A program made the translations under genes and the position numbers. Below, piece after piece: positions 31,778 to 40,639 of a stretch of 64,000 nt of DNA. The notes beneath the pieces are model-generated. The model saw only the letters and a program-made list of their open reading frames with translations. It was not told where the DNA came from and did no database searches. This DNA comes from a bacterium (lineage in GTDB: Bacteria; Fidelibacterota; Fidelibacteria; Fidelibacterales; Fidelibacteraceae), in contig OY781066.1 of the NCBI GenBank assembly GCA_963676395.1, positions 160,001 to 224,000 on the forward strand, in the 5' to 3' direction. How positions within the stretch are numbered: position 1 is the first letter of the stretch; every line of letters begins with the position of its first letter.

Positions 31778-31805
31778 TCTCACTTCTAACGCTTTACGAC
31801 TTACG
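31778..31805 (-). repeat. Heptamer array (minus strand cgtaagt cgtaaag cgttaga agtgaga)
   Basis: Overlaps the thioesterase stop codon; inverted relative to 31325-31352. Confidence 0.65.
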
Positions 31806-32196
31806 CTGAAAAGGCCTCCCTGACTTTTTCATGCATTTTAGTCGCTTTGCCATTTGCATCGACGAAAACCATCAATGTTTCTGCAGTAGCAACAAGTGTA
31901 TTATCATCTTTGACTATTTCATATGAAAACACAATGGATGACCTCCCCAATTTCTCGACTTTGGCATTAATATGCAAAGTATCAAAAAGATATGCCGGAG
32001 ATCTGTATTCTATCGTGACTTTGGCAATAACCGGAAAGGTCTCCCATTCTTTTAGCATCTCAAAATCGAAACCTGCTTCCAGCATATAATCCCCGCGAGC
32101 AGCTTCAAGATATTTTGCATAGGTTCCATTATTTACATGGCCAAATGAATCCAGTTCATATGATCGAACAACCAGTTTAGAATGCCATACTTTCAT
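31801..32196 (-). CDS. Acyl-CoA thioesterase (YbgC/FadM hot-dog family)
   Basis: VRSYELDSFGHVNNGTYAKYLEAAR motif. True start ATG 32196 overlaps the MFS stop (ATGA). Confidence 0.9.
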   Translation of the reverse strand: MKVWHSKLVVRSYELDSFGHVNNGTYAKYLEAARGDYMLEAGFDFEMLKEWETFPVIAKVTIEYRSPAYLFDTLHINAKVEKLGRSSIVFSYEIVKDDNTLVATAETLMVFVDANGKATKMHEKVREAFSA

Positions 32197-33419
32197 CGTG
32201 CATGTTCTCCTTTTTTGAGATATAAATATAAAAAGCCAAAAAATGATATGACTCCAAATGAGGACATCGTTAACCAAAATAATTTCATATTCGGTATAAG
32301 ATCCATCAATATACCTCCAATAAATGGCCCCAATGACCATCCCAAGGTTGAAATTGAGGAATAGATGCCCTGATACTTTCCATACAACTTACCTTTTGCC
32401 ATATTGGAAGCAATGGTATTACCGCTGGGACCGGCGAACATTTCACCGAAGGTGATAAAAACCATGATAAACAGTAGCATACCAAAGGAATTAACCCACC
32501 CCATAAGCGAATATGATACAACAAATAGGACTGAGCCTATCATTATGAGTACAAAATGATTGACTTTTTTCGTCCATTGGGTTACAAGATACTGAAAAAT
32601 GATGACTAATGCTGCGTTAAAGGTATATACCCAGCCAATCTGAGAGGAAGTAAGTCCGATACTTTTATTCATGAATACCGACAATGTTGACACAAATTGC
32701 CCCCAAGTCAAGAAAAGCATCAAGGTAACAGCACAAAAGAAAAAGAATAGCTTATCGCGCTTAAACGCGGCAGCCATAGCCGCGAGACCTCGCGGCCCTT
32801 GTGCCGATACCTCGGCACGAGCAGGCCGTACGCTTTTCTCGGCGGTTTCTTTAATGGAAAAGATGACAAACAAACCTGATATAAGAAATGTTACAGCTGT
32901 AAAATAAAACAAAGATTGATAGGAAATATCAAAAAGAAAACCGCCGATCGCGGGGCCGGTTCCCCATCCGATATTGCCGGCCATACGCATCAAGGCATAG
33001 CCGTTACTGCGCTCCTCCGGTTTTAAAATATCTGCGATCATGGCTGATGCCACAGGTTGGAAAAACGATGAGATCAAATACTGACTCAATATGATTCCCG
33101 CCAATAGCCACACATTCCAGCCTTTGCTTATAGCTATGCCGGCAATAAGAAATACAACGGCTCTTGAAAGTTGTGACCATATCATTAATCCCTTGCGACC
33201 GATAAAATCCGATGCGGCCCCGCCCACAGTTTGTGCAAGCGTACGGCCTATGGCTGCCGCAAGGAAAAAAAATGAGATATAAGTCATCGGTATATCCCTG
33301 ATAGTATTAAAATATACCGTCATAAAGGGAACCACCGCACCAAATCCCAGTGAATTGATGAGCCAACCCAACATCAAGGGATAGAGACGTTTATCAATAT
33401 TTTTAAGCGTAATTTTCAT
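32193..33419 (-). CDS. MFS transporter
   Basis: About 12 TM helices; motif A GAASDFIGRK; NIGWGTGPAIGG. Confidence 0.9.
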   Translation of the reverse strand: MKITLKNIDKRLYPLMLGWLINSLGFGAVVPFMTVYFNTIRDIPMTYISFFFLAAAIGRTLAQTVGGAASDFIGRKGLMIWSQLSRAVVFLIAGIAISKGWNVWLLAGIILSQYLISSFFQPVASAMIADILKPEERSNGYALMRMAGNIGWGTGPAIGGFLFDISYQSLFYFTAVTFLISGLFVIFSIKETAEKSVRPARAEVSAQGPRGLAAMAAAFKRDKLFFFFCAVTLMLFLTWGQFVSTLSVFMNKSIGLTSSQIGWVYTFNAALVIIFQYLVTQWTKKVNHFVLIMIGSVLFVVSYSLMGWVNSFGMLLFIMVFITFGEMFAGPSGNTIASNMAKGKLYGKYQGIYSSISTLGWSLGPFIGGILMDLIPNMKLFWLTMSSFGVISFFGFLYLYLKKGEHAR

Positions 33420-33467
33420 TCTTATATTTATATTGGACGATCGTATACATCCATTATATTATCAAAA

Positions 33468-34127
33468 TTATGAGTTCAATAGATTTTTCAAGGTCTGTGG
33501 ATTTATTTCATCGTATGATTCTATTATTAAATCGGCCTCTTGTATTACTTCTTTTGGAAAGGTGGTCGCGATGCCGATAACTTTTGCCCCTGATGCTTTT
33601 CCTGCACGAATTCCATTTAAAGAATCCTCAACAACAATACATTTTTCAATAGGAATACCTATTACCTCAGCTCCTTTTAGATAGGGTTCGGGGTGCGGTT
33701 TGGTATTCTCAACTTCCGAGGCCGTGATCATACCCGAAAAAATATAATCTACCGGTACATTATCAAATGTCCATTCCATAACATCTCGTCCAGTAGATGT
33801 CACGATCAGATCTTTAAATTCATCATTAACACAGGCGTAATAAAAATCCAAAAAACCGGGTACATATCGCATATTGGCTTTAAATTCATTGAAAAGATCA
33901 ATACGATATTCTTTTTTCACTTTCTCAACATCCATACTTGAGCCATATTTCTTATTGATATATTCAAAAACCGCCTTGACATCTTTACCTTTAAAAAAAA
34001 TCCAATCATCGTCAGATACTTTAATTCCATATTTGTCAAATTGGACCCGCATGGCTTTTTCATACAGGGGTTCCGAATCCACAACCACACCATCAAAGTC
34101 AAGTAACAATCCGTATTTCTTTTCCAT
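33468..34127 (-). CDS. HAD-family phosphatase (beta-PGM/CbbY-like)
   Basis: DFDGVVVDSE, KPHPEPY and VEDSLNGI motifs. Confidence 0.9.
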   Translation of the reverse strand: MEKKYGLLLDFDGVVVDSEPLYEKAMRVQFDKYGIKVSDDDWIFFKGKDVKAVFEYINKKYGSSMDVEKVKKEYRIDLFNEFKANMRYVPGFLDFYYACVNDEFKDLIVTSTGRDVMEWTFDNVPVDYIFSGMITASEVENTKPHPEPYLKGAEVIGIPIEKCIVVEDSLNGIRAGKASGAKVIGIATTFPKEVIQEADLIIESYDEINPQTLKNLLNS

Positions 34128-34300
34128 TCTATCCTTCTATTTTGTATTGAAGAATATAGTTTTTTCAAAAATAAGAAGAAAGATTAAAGGAAAAAATATT
34201 AAGGAAAAGTAAAAACCCCGACCTTATTATGAACTTATATCAATATTTCCGGGGTTCAATTATTAAAAATAACCTAATTGTAGCAGTGCTGCAATTTATC

Positions 34301-34513
34301 TCATGATTTTTTCTTATACAAAATAGACATTGGCAATACAACAACATAACCAATTGTTAGAATTATGGGTGATACGTAAAGTGAAATTGCATCATATACA
34401 CCACCAACAGCCATAAATATATAGCCGACAATAATTGTAACAATAGCAGCCAAGAATATGTAAAGATTCGTTTTAGTCAAGCCAAGTGATTGAAAAAATT
34501 CGTTTGTGGTCAT
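34301..34513 (-). CDS. Small membrane protein (DUF3098-like)
   Basis: 70 aa with 2 TM segments (NLYIFLAAIVTIIVGYIFM; SPIILTIGY); AAGGA RBS. Confidence 0.7.
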   Translation of the reverse strand: MTTNEFFQSLGLTKTNLYIFLAAIVTIIVGYIFMAVGGVYDAISLYVSPIILTIGYVVVLPMSILYKKKS

Positions 34514-34625
34514 GTTATATTCCTTATTTCTTTCGTGCGTAAAATACGATATTGTGGATTGTAGAGCAAGCGGAAATAATTAAATCAAGCCATAGGGAAA
34601 AGCTGCGACCGTTTCTTACTCAAAT

Positions 34626-35681
34626 TCAAAATTTCTTAACCATTTCCACCAATATATCAACAATGCCTTCTATTGGATATAATCCCTTTTTGTTCCCTTT
34701 TTCGAAAAGCAAAACCTTCCCTTCACCCGCGCCCGCAATTCCAATATCTGCTTCACGGGCTTCACCGGGACCATTTACAACACAGCCCATAACGGCTACC
34801 GTCATATCTTTATCTATGCCTTCAAGTCGCTCTTCAACATCTCGGGCTATCGTCTCAAGATCGAATACAGTTCTTCCACAAGTGGGGCAAGAGATCACCC
34901 TCACCGCATCTTTACGTAAACCCAATGCTTGCAATATGCCTTTTGCTACAGATATCTCTTTAACAGGATCTGTCGAAAGTGAAACTCTAATCGTATCACC
35001 TATGCCCTCTGCCAGTAGCGTGCCAATCCCAATCGCAGAGCGAAGTGAGCCGCTTTTTTCGGTACCCGATTCGGTAACACCTAGATGAAGAGGATAATCA
35101 TATGTTTTTGAGAACAATCGATTAGCTTCTATCATCGTCATCACATCTGATGCTTTAATGGAAACCAATAAATTATCAAAACCATGCCGTTCACATATCT
35201 TGATATGCTTCATAGCAGATTCAAGCAAAGCCTGAGGTGTGGGATGCCCATACTTCTTGAGAAGTGATTTTTCAAGCGATCCGGCATTTACGCCGATCCG
35301 AATTGGAACATTTTTTTTACTGCAGGCATCAAGAATAGTCTTAACTTTTTCTTCGGAACCGATATTTCCGGGATTAATCCGAATCTTATCCGCGCCGGCA
35401 TCTAAGGCACCTAAGGCCAGTGAATGGTCAAAATGTATATCTGCTACAAGAGGTATACTGATGCGCTTCTTTATTGCGGCAAAGGCCGAAACGGATTCTT
35501 TATTTGGTACCGCCATGCGAACGATTTCACAACCCGCTGTTTCTAGTTGCCATATTTGATCGATACAGGCCTCCACATCGGTAGAACTTGTATTGATCAT
35601 GCTTTGAATGCTCACGGAAGCATCACCACCGATGTAGATATTGCCGATTTTGATTTTTCTTGTTTGTTTACGTTTGATCAT
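34626..35681 (-). CDS. ispG: (E)-4-hydroxy-3-methylbut-2-enyl-diphosphate synthase
   Basis: VADIHFD, RINPGN, HLGVTE, GDTIRVSL, SCPTCGR and GCVVNGPGE motifs. Confidence 0.97.
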   Translation of the reverse strand: MIKRKQTRKIKIGNIYIGGDASVSIQSMINTSSTDVEACIDQIWQLETAGCEIVRMAVPNKESVSAFAAIKKRISIPLVADIHFDHSLALGALDAGADKIRINPGNIGSEEKVKTILDACSKKNVPIRIGVNAGSLEKSLLKKYGHPTPQALLESAMKHIKICERHGFDNLLVSIKASDVMTMIEANRLFSKTYDYPLHLGVTESGTEKSGSLRSAIGIGTLLAEGIGDTIRVSLSTDPVKEISVAKGILQALGLRKDAVRVISCPTCGRTVFDLETIARDVEERLEGIDKDMTVAVMGCVVNGPGEAREADIGIAGAGEGKVLLFEKGNKKGLYPIEGIVDILVEMVKKF

Positions 35682-35699
35682 GAATGAATATATGAAAAA

Positions 35700-35734
35700 C
35701 AGAAGCCAGAAGCCAGAAGTTAGAGGTCAGAACT
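35700..35734 (+). repeat. Heptamer tandem repeat (cagaagc cagaagc cagaagt tagaggt cagaact)
   Basis: Read directly in the divergent ispG/GDSL intergenic region. Confidence 0.7.
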
Positions 35735-35841
35735 AGAAATTCGGGAATCGGTTTGAAGAGCAAGAAAATGAATTGTAAAAAATTATTCACTATCGTATCT
35801 TAGAAAGCAAACAGTCCATTAAACATGAATAGGTACGAATT

Positions 35842-36570
35842 ATGACAGCACGTAAAATTTTCCTCTTTTATTTCTTTCTCATTGTGATTGTGTTAACGGG
35901 ATGCGCAACAAACCCACCAACGCTTGATAACCTCTATCCCTCCGAAGATCAGGTTATTCAGTATCACTCCAAATGGACCAAGATCACCTATCCCAAACGG
36001 ATCAAAGCATTCAAAGAAGATCCATTGCAACGCGGTGATATTGTTTTCCTGGGGAATAGTATTACACAAAACGGCGGTGACTGGAGTGCTAAGTTCGAAC
36101 GTAGCGATGTGAAAAACCGCGGGATCAGCGGCGATGTGACGGATGGCGTTCTGGCTCGGCTCGGTGAGATCTGTCACGCCAAACCCAAAGCCGTTTTCCT
36201 GATGATCGGGATCAACGATATTTACAACTGGTACAATGAATGGGGCATCCCCTCACCCGAATATGTAGGTCAAAACATTCCCAAGATCGCTGAAGCGATC
36301 CATAAAGGAAGTCCCCGAACAAAAATATATGTTCAAACGGTCCTCCCCACCGATTTCGAGCCGGTGAAAGAGGCAATCTTAACGGTCAATAAAATGATCA
36401 AGTCGCACGAATCGAAAGGCCATTATCAAGTCATCGACCTTTACGCGGCCTTTGCAGATACAAGCGGACTGATCAAGCCCGAGCTGACAAACGATGGAAC
36501 GCATTTGACTGCTGAAGGTTATCATGTGTGGACGACTCTAATAGACTCGCTAATAAACAATCAACCATAA
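35842..36570 (+). CDS. GDSL/SGNH hydrolase lipoprotein
   Basis: Lipobox LTGC; blocks FLGNSIT, NRGISGD, IGIND and DGTH. Confidence 0.88.
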   Translation: MTARKIFLFYFFLIVIVLTGCATNPPTLDNLYPSEDQVIQYHSKWTKITYPKRIKAFKEDPLQRGDIVFLGNSITQNGGDWSAKFERSDVKNRGISGDVTDGVLARLGEICHAKPKAVFLMIGINDIYNWYNEWGIPSPEYVGQNIPKIAEAIHKGSPRTKIYVQTVLPTDFEPVKEAILTVNKMIKSHESKGHYQVIDLYAAFADTSGLIKPELTNDGTHLTAEGYHVWTTLIDSLINNQP

Positions 36571-36583
36571 TCAATACGAGATA

Positions 36584-37600
36584 ATGAAATTTTTATTAAA
36601 ATCACTTCCATTGCTCTTACTTTTTAGCATTCTTGCTATTGCCCAAACTTATCCAAATAATGAGGATGGTCAATATCAAGACATGCTCACGCCAGAGTAT
36701 TACAATTCAGCGCAAGCGAGTGATTTTCGACTTGAGCTTAATAAATTCGTACATTTTGCTCGGCAAATTCCCTTTCAGCATCCTTTTAAAGATTCATTGG
36801 GCTCAATACCCTCTTATAACATTAATCGAGGTTTTGGTGATATTATTGGTACAGCTGCTTTCGGTACCCACCACCCGGCATATGATTACTATCCTGCAGA
36901 AAATGCCACTAATACCTATTTATATGCGGCACATGATGGCTTAATTAGTACGGACAATGATGCAGATAGATACAGACATTATATAGCCATCACCAAAGAC
37001 GTCAGTGATTCTCTTGGACATATTATTGGCAAGATAATGACCCTTTATGGGCATGTAGATTTAGATTTTGATTTAGCAGACGGCTTAGATCTTGAGGGGC
37101 AATATGTTCAAAAGGGAGATATAATTTCCAAACACTTATATTCAGGTACAATGGGAGGTCCGCATCTGCATTTTGAGATACGTTACTATCGTCCAAACGA
37201 TACCGGCTCAGAAGACTTTTACGGTGGCCAGGTAGGCGATAAAACTGCTCCCTCATCAGGAATTTGGACGAAAGGTTATTGGAATCCCAGCGAAGGTTAC
37301 GGCTTTGCACATCCACTCAATCATTTAAACTATATAAACTCAGCAATAGCTCAAACACAATCTCATCCCTCTATCTCTATCTTCCCTAACCCAAGTAATG
37401 ATCTTCTCAACATTAAATTAGATCAAGCGATGGGCAATAAACTCGTCAGCATTTACAATTTAGCCGGACGAAAAGTTTACCAAAATAATTACAGCCAGAA
37501 CAGCGAGATACAGATTAATATCAAAAATTTAGCAAGGGGTATTTATCTTGTAAATATCTATAATAATGGACAAAAGTTTACGCATAAATTTTTTAAATAG
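36584..37600 (+). CDS. Secreted M23-family peptidase-like protein with T9SS-type C-terminal sorting domain
   Basis: Signal peptide; HPAYD (HxxxD), YGH and PHLHFE (HxH) motifs; C-terminal FPNP...IYNLAGR...GIYLV...K. Confidence 0.75.
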   Translation: MKFLLKSLPLLLLFSILAIAQTYPNNEDGQYQDMLTPEYYNSAQASDFRLELNKFVHFARQIPFQHPFKDSLGSIPSYNINRGFGDIIGTAAFGTHHPAYDYYPAENATNTYLYAAHDGLISTDNDADRYRHYIAITKDVSDSLGHIIGKIMTLYGHVDLDFDLADGLDLEGQYVQKGDIISKHLYSGTMGGPHLHFEIRYYRPNDTGSEDFYGGQVGDKTAPSSGIWTKGYWNPSEGYGFAHPLNHLNYINSAIAQTQSHPSISIFPNPSNDLLNIKLDQAMGNKLVSIYNLAGRKVYQNNYSQNSEIQINIKNLARGIYLVNIYNNGQKFTHKFFK

Positions 37601-37710
37601 ATATTGCATCTTGTGACACTAAACGAGTTACGAGTTATGCATTACGGTTAAGATCATGGCGACGCATTTTTAAGTTAATTGAAGAAATATATTATGATGG
37701 AATATATTTT

Positions 37711-38601
37711 ATGAAAAAACCAATATTATTATTAGAAAGCAATTTAATAAAACCATTAGAATTGGCTTTAAAAAGAATTAATGATATTAAAAATAATAAA
37801 ATTGCCAATCATGATGAAATTATATACGAAGGATTGTTTATATTAGCTGTTACCTCATTTGAAAATTCTATTCTTGATACTCTCAAAATTCTTTTTACTC
37901 ATATTCCACATAAATTAGATATTAAATCCAATAATATACCCAAGGAAATTTTATTAGATGAAAAAGCGCTAGAATATTCAATTGAAGATAAAATTAATTC
38001 ATTAGGATATAAAAATATTGATGAAATACTAGATTATTTTTATAATAAAACAGGATTAAGTAATGATCTTATCAATTCAAATACTATCAATGATATTAAA
38101 GAAATTAAGGCTACACGAAATATTCTAATTCATAATAATCTTTTTATAAATAATGTTTATAAAAATACCGCAGGTCCTCATCAAAGAAAGAGTAATAATA
38201 ACAAATTATTAATTAACAGGGAATATCTTATTCATACAATAAATACAATTGAGGATACTGTAAAAATATTTATAAAGAATCTATCTAATAAGTATAAATG
38301 TTATACGAAAATCCAAGCAACTAGAAACTTATTTAATTACTTGTTTAACACCCCATTATTGTGTTTTGATGATATTTTTATTTTCAATTACGAACAAGAT
38401 TATATAACTGGTGTAAATTCTAAAATAATAAATTCACTTAATACACTTTCATCTTCAGAAAAACTATTATTTAATTTATGGATAGCACATTTCAAGAATG
38501 ATCCTTTTGAATTCAAGGGTAGTTGGTTATATCACTTAAGTGAAAGCACAAAAAATAAATTAGATTTTTTAATTTCAAACATTGATTTGCTAAAATCTTA
38601 G
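37711..38601 (+). CDS. Hypothetical protein with HEPN-like RxxxxH motif
   Basis: AVTSFE helix and KATRNILIHN motif; DNA visibly far more AT-rich than its neighbours. Confidence 0.6.
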   Translation: MKKPILLLESNLIKPLELALKRINDIKNNKIANHDEIIYEGLFILAVTSFENSILDTLKILFTHIPHKLDIKSNNIPKEILLDEKALEYSIEDKINSLGYKNIDEILDYFYNKTGLSNDLINSNTINDIKEIKATRNILIHNNLFINNVYKNTAGPHQRKSNNNKLLINREYLIHTINTIEDTVKIFIKNLSNKYKCYTKIQATRNLFNYLFNTPLLCFDDIFIFNYEQDYITGVNSKIINSLNTLSSSEKLLFNLWIAHFKNDPFEFKGSWLYHLSESTKNKLDFLISNIDLLKS

Positions 38602-38654
38602 AACAAAACATATTGATTAGATTATTTAATAACACTTTTATTAGTGGAGGCAAT

Positions 38655-39482
38655 ATGAGCAACAACCTCATCAAACGCATCATTCGCGGGCAATCCGTAT
38701 CGGACGGTGCCGGCGTAAAGTTGAACCGGCTGATCGCATCAGCCAAGGTTGACAATATCGATCCCTTTTTCCTGCTGGACGAGTTCCGCAGCGATGATCC
38801 TAATGATTATATCGCAGGTTTCCCCATGCATCCGCATCGCGGGATCGAGACGATCACGTATATGATCGAGGGCAGTTTTACGCACCGGGACAGCCGTGGC
38901 GGCGGCGGGGTTTTAAAATCCGGGGAGGTCCAATGGATGACCGCTGGCAAGGGCATCCTTCACGAAGAAATGCCGGCCATGGAAAGCGGCCACTTGTGGG
39001 GCTACCAGCTATGGCTGAACCTGCCAAAAAAGCTCAAATGGGTAGAACCCGCCTACCAGCATCTCGGCAAAGAGGATATTCCCGTATTTGAAAAAGACGG
39101 TCAAAGAGTCGTGATCATTTCAGGTGAATACGAAGGATTGAAAGGACCGGCCAGCAATCATGTGCCCTCAGAGTATTATGATGTGTATATTGACGAGGGA
39201 AAATCATTCCAATTGCAATTGAAAAAAGGATTTACGTCCCTGATCTATGTCCACAGCGGCAAGATCGAGATCGACGATCAAACCATCGAGGCCAAAAATA
39301 TGGTGGAATTGAATGATGATCAACCTCTTAACGTCAAAGCCCTTGATGATAAAGCCGGATTTCTTTTCCTCTCGGCCATTCCCAATAACGAGCCCTATTA
39401 CCGCGGCGGTCCCTTTGTGATGAACACTCGCGAGGAGATCATGCAGGCCTTTGATGATTATCAGAATGGGAAGTTGTTTTAG
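38655..39482 (+). CDS. Pirin family protein
   Basis: DPFFLLDEF, HPHRGIETIT, WMTAGKGILHEE, QLWLNLP and GPFVMNT motifs; GGAGG RBS before ATG 38655. Confidence 0.95.
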   Translation: MSNNLIKRIIRGQSVSDGAGVKLNRLIASAKVDNIDPFFLLDEFRSDDPNDYIAGFPMHPHRGIETITYMIEGSFTHRDSRGGGGVLKSGEVQWMTAGKGILHEEMPAMESGHLWGYQLWLNLPKKLKWVEPAYQHLGKEDIPVFEKDGQRVVIISGEYEGLKGPASNHVPSEYYDVYIDEGKSFQLQLKKGFTSLIYVHSGKIEIDDQTIEAKNMVELNDDQPLNVKALDDKAGFLFLSAIPNNEPYYRGGPFVMNTREEIMQAFDDYQNGKLF

Positions 39483-40161
39483 ATGCCGCTCCTACGGAGC
39501 TTGATTTTAATTTTATTCTATTTCTCTACAAAGTTATCGTCCCTATGGGACTTAAGGATGTCGCTCCTATGGAGCTATTGTTGTTGATTCGTTGTTCCCT
39601 ACAAAGATATCGTCCCTATGGGACTGTAAGTTTCACTCCTATGGAGTGATTTAATTATTGGGAATACCATTTTACAGATATTCCCCTAGGGGACTTAAAA
39701 GATGTCGCTTCTACGGAGCCTGTTTGTTCATTCGTTCTTTCCTACAAAGATGTCGTCCCTACTGGACTAACGAGAGATCACCTCTAGGGAGCTTTGTTAA
39801 TTGTGTCATTTCCATTTTCCTATTCCCTCCCTCTTGGACTGTTTGTACCGCTCCTGGGGAGTCAATCCCTTAATTACAGATTGTAAATTAAATAACAATA
39901 TTAATTCATTGTAAATATTTATTAATAAGCCCCGTAGGGGCGGAATATCTGTAGATATTATTTCTTAAAATACCACCAGCGCCGTAGGTGCTGTACTAAT
40001 TATTTCTATTTTTCGTTTCCTATAAAGATGTCGCTCCTGCGGAGCTTATCGTTTTACATTATAATTGTTATTAAACATGATAATAAAGTCCCGTAGGGAC
40101 GGAATCTTTGTAGAATACAATTATAAGTAAAATTTCAGCTCCGTAGGAGCGGAATCTTTGT
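39482..40161. repeat. REP-like palindrome array downstream of tnpA (about 16 hairpins)
   Basis: GCTCC-TAY-GGAGC, GTCCC-TAY-GGGAC and variants at 39488, 39539, 39563, 39612, 39635, 39682, 39707, 39755, (39781, 39827, 39850 degenerate) and 40033; inverted copies at 39929, 39979, 40088 and 40138. Confidence 0.9.
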
Positions 40162-40623
40162 TTATTCAAACCATTCAAATAAGTATTCATCATTATATTT
40201 AATATCAAATTTGTTCAAAATCTCTAAATATTCTTCTTTAAAAGACTTCTTTTTATGATGTTCTGTTTGATTCAATATGTAATTTATAACTGAATCAATT
40301 TGTGACCTGAAATATGAAAATACCCCAAATCCATTCTGCCATTTAAATTTACCCTGAAACCAATTACTCTGATTTATCCATTTTGAAGAACTGGCTTTTA
40401 TTACACGTGCTATTTCAGATGCAGAAATATTTGGATCCAATCCAATTAACATGTGTGCATGATCGGGATTACAATAAATTGCCAGTAATTTGGAGTTCAT
40501 ATTTTTTACTATCCCCGTTATATATTTTTCTAATTCATCTCTATATTTTTCTTTTATTAGATTTTCCCACTGTTTAACGGAAAATATAATCTGAATATAA
40601 ATCTGTGAATAGGTATTTGCCAT
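40162..40623 (-). CDS. tnpA: IS200/IS605-family Y1 (HUH) transposase-like protein
   Basis: 153 aa from MANTYSQIYIQIIFSVK; HUH motif DHAH, WQNGF, catalytic NYILNQ (YxxxQ); AAAGGAGA RBS. Confidence 0.92.
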   Translation of the reverse strand: MANTYSQIYIQIIFSVKQWENLIKEKYRDELEKYITGIVKNMNSKLLAIYCNPDHAHMLIGLDPNISASEIARVIKASSSKWINQSNWFQGKFKWQNGFGVFSYFRSQIDSVINYILNQTEHHKKKSFKEEYLEILNKFDIKYNDEYLFEWFE

Positions 40624-40639
40624 TTTGTTCTCCTTTCTA

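Noticed and set aside
35842..39482. Integron cassette array
   Set aside because: No integrase and no recognisable attC sites (RYYYAAC...GTTRRRY) between the genes.
39658..39873. 71-aa ORF
   Set aside because: It is a translation of the repeat array with a TTG start and no protein-like features.
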